Below the pieces are notes generated by a model, which was given only the letters and a program-made list of their open reading frames with translations, was not told the origin of the DNA and searched no databases. This document shows positions 31,815 through 32,000 of a stretch of 32,000 bases of DNA, one piece after another (within the stretch, counting starts at the first letter, position 1; the number at the start of each line of letters is the position of its first letter). The translations under genes were made by a program, and so were the position numbers. Source of the DNA: Kingella sp. (in: b-proteobacteria) (GTDB taxonomy: Bacteria > Pseudomonadota > Gammaproteobacteria > Burkholderiales > Neisseriaceae). The DNA lies in assembly GCF_030527935.1 (NCBI RefSeq), contig NZ_JAUMZV010000001.1:32054-64053 (forward strand), given 5' to 3'.

Positions 31815-32000
31815 ATGATTCAAATCCAATCTCTCTCCCACCGCTACCCCCGCGCTGACAAGCCCGCGCTGGATAATGTCTCGTTTGACATCGCCGACGG
31901 CGAATGCGTGGGGCTGCTCGGGCACAACGGCGCGGGCAAGACCACGCTGATGTCGCTGTTGGCGGGTTTGCAGCGCGTGCAAAGCGGCGCAATTCTGTTT
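31815..32000 (+). CDS. ABC transporter ATP-binding protein (N-terminal part, runs off the window)
   Basis: The translation MIQIQSLSHRYPRADKPALDNVSFDIADGECVGLLGHNGAGKTTLMS contains the Walker A motif GHNGAGKTT. Confidence 0.85.
   Translation, partial: MIQIQSLSHRYPRADKPALDNVSFDIADGECVGLLGHNGAGKTTLMSLLAGLQRVQSGAILF

Noticed and set aside
1-32000. A CRISPR array, suggested by the many short identical repeats
   Set aside because: The 12-mers are too short, occur in both orientations and are irregularly spaced inside genes. They match the uptake-sequence pattern, and no cas genes are present.
1-32000. tRNA, rRNA, transposase, integrase or prophage genes
   Set aside because: None was recognised on either strand. 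The MITEs and NIMEs are non-autonomous and no recombinase ORF is present in the window.

Overview
This is a GC-rich chromosomal window from a naturally competent member of the Neisseriaceae. The 12-mer AGGCAGCCTGAA, which I recall as the Kingella denitrificans-type AG-kingDUS dialect, saturates the sequence at roughly one copy per 370 bp by hand count. The left end carries a repeat-split yqjD/yqjE/yqjK-like stress operon, an AT-rich toxin-like gene remnant, and the LPS heptose genes hldA and hldD flanking a small EamA-type gene with an in-frame stop. The core of the window (about 5.7-29.1 kb) is a complete type II PKS aryl-polyene (APE) pigment cluster. It has two ketosynthases, a chain-length-factor-like protein, two ACPs, a ketoreductase, two dehydratases, an adenylating starter enzyme, a methyltransferase, a thioesterase, two acyltransferases, a GT2, a LolA-like carrier, an MMPL exporter, a DUF3261 lipoprotein and a COG4648 membrane protein. 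It also has a flavin-dependent halogenase and an Sfp-type PPTase, and is followed directly by darA/darB-like dialkylresorcinol genes. That combination predicts a flexirubin/arcuflavin-type APE-DAR hybrid lipid pigment. Compared with the colinear enterobacterial clusters, this one is rearranged and fragmented, and repeats occupy the junctions: five copies of a 160-bp MITE with 3-bp target duplications, dRS3/NIME-like mosaics, a second palindromic element family, REP-like hairpins and DUS inverted pairs. A minority of uptake sequences are Neisseria-dialect (GCCGTCTGAA / GGTCGTCTGAA), which suggests mosaic import. The right end holds an AT-rich, DUS-free DUF3800 gene, a small HTH-like gene, a BtrH_N/DUF4872 papain-like protein and the start of an ABC transporter ATPase. 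I saw no rRNA, tRNA, CRISPR array or transposase gene. All coordinates were derived by hand and may be off by a few nt.
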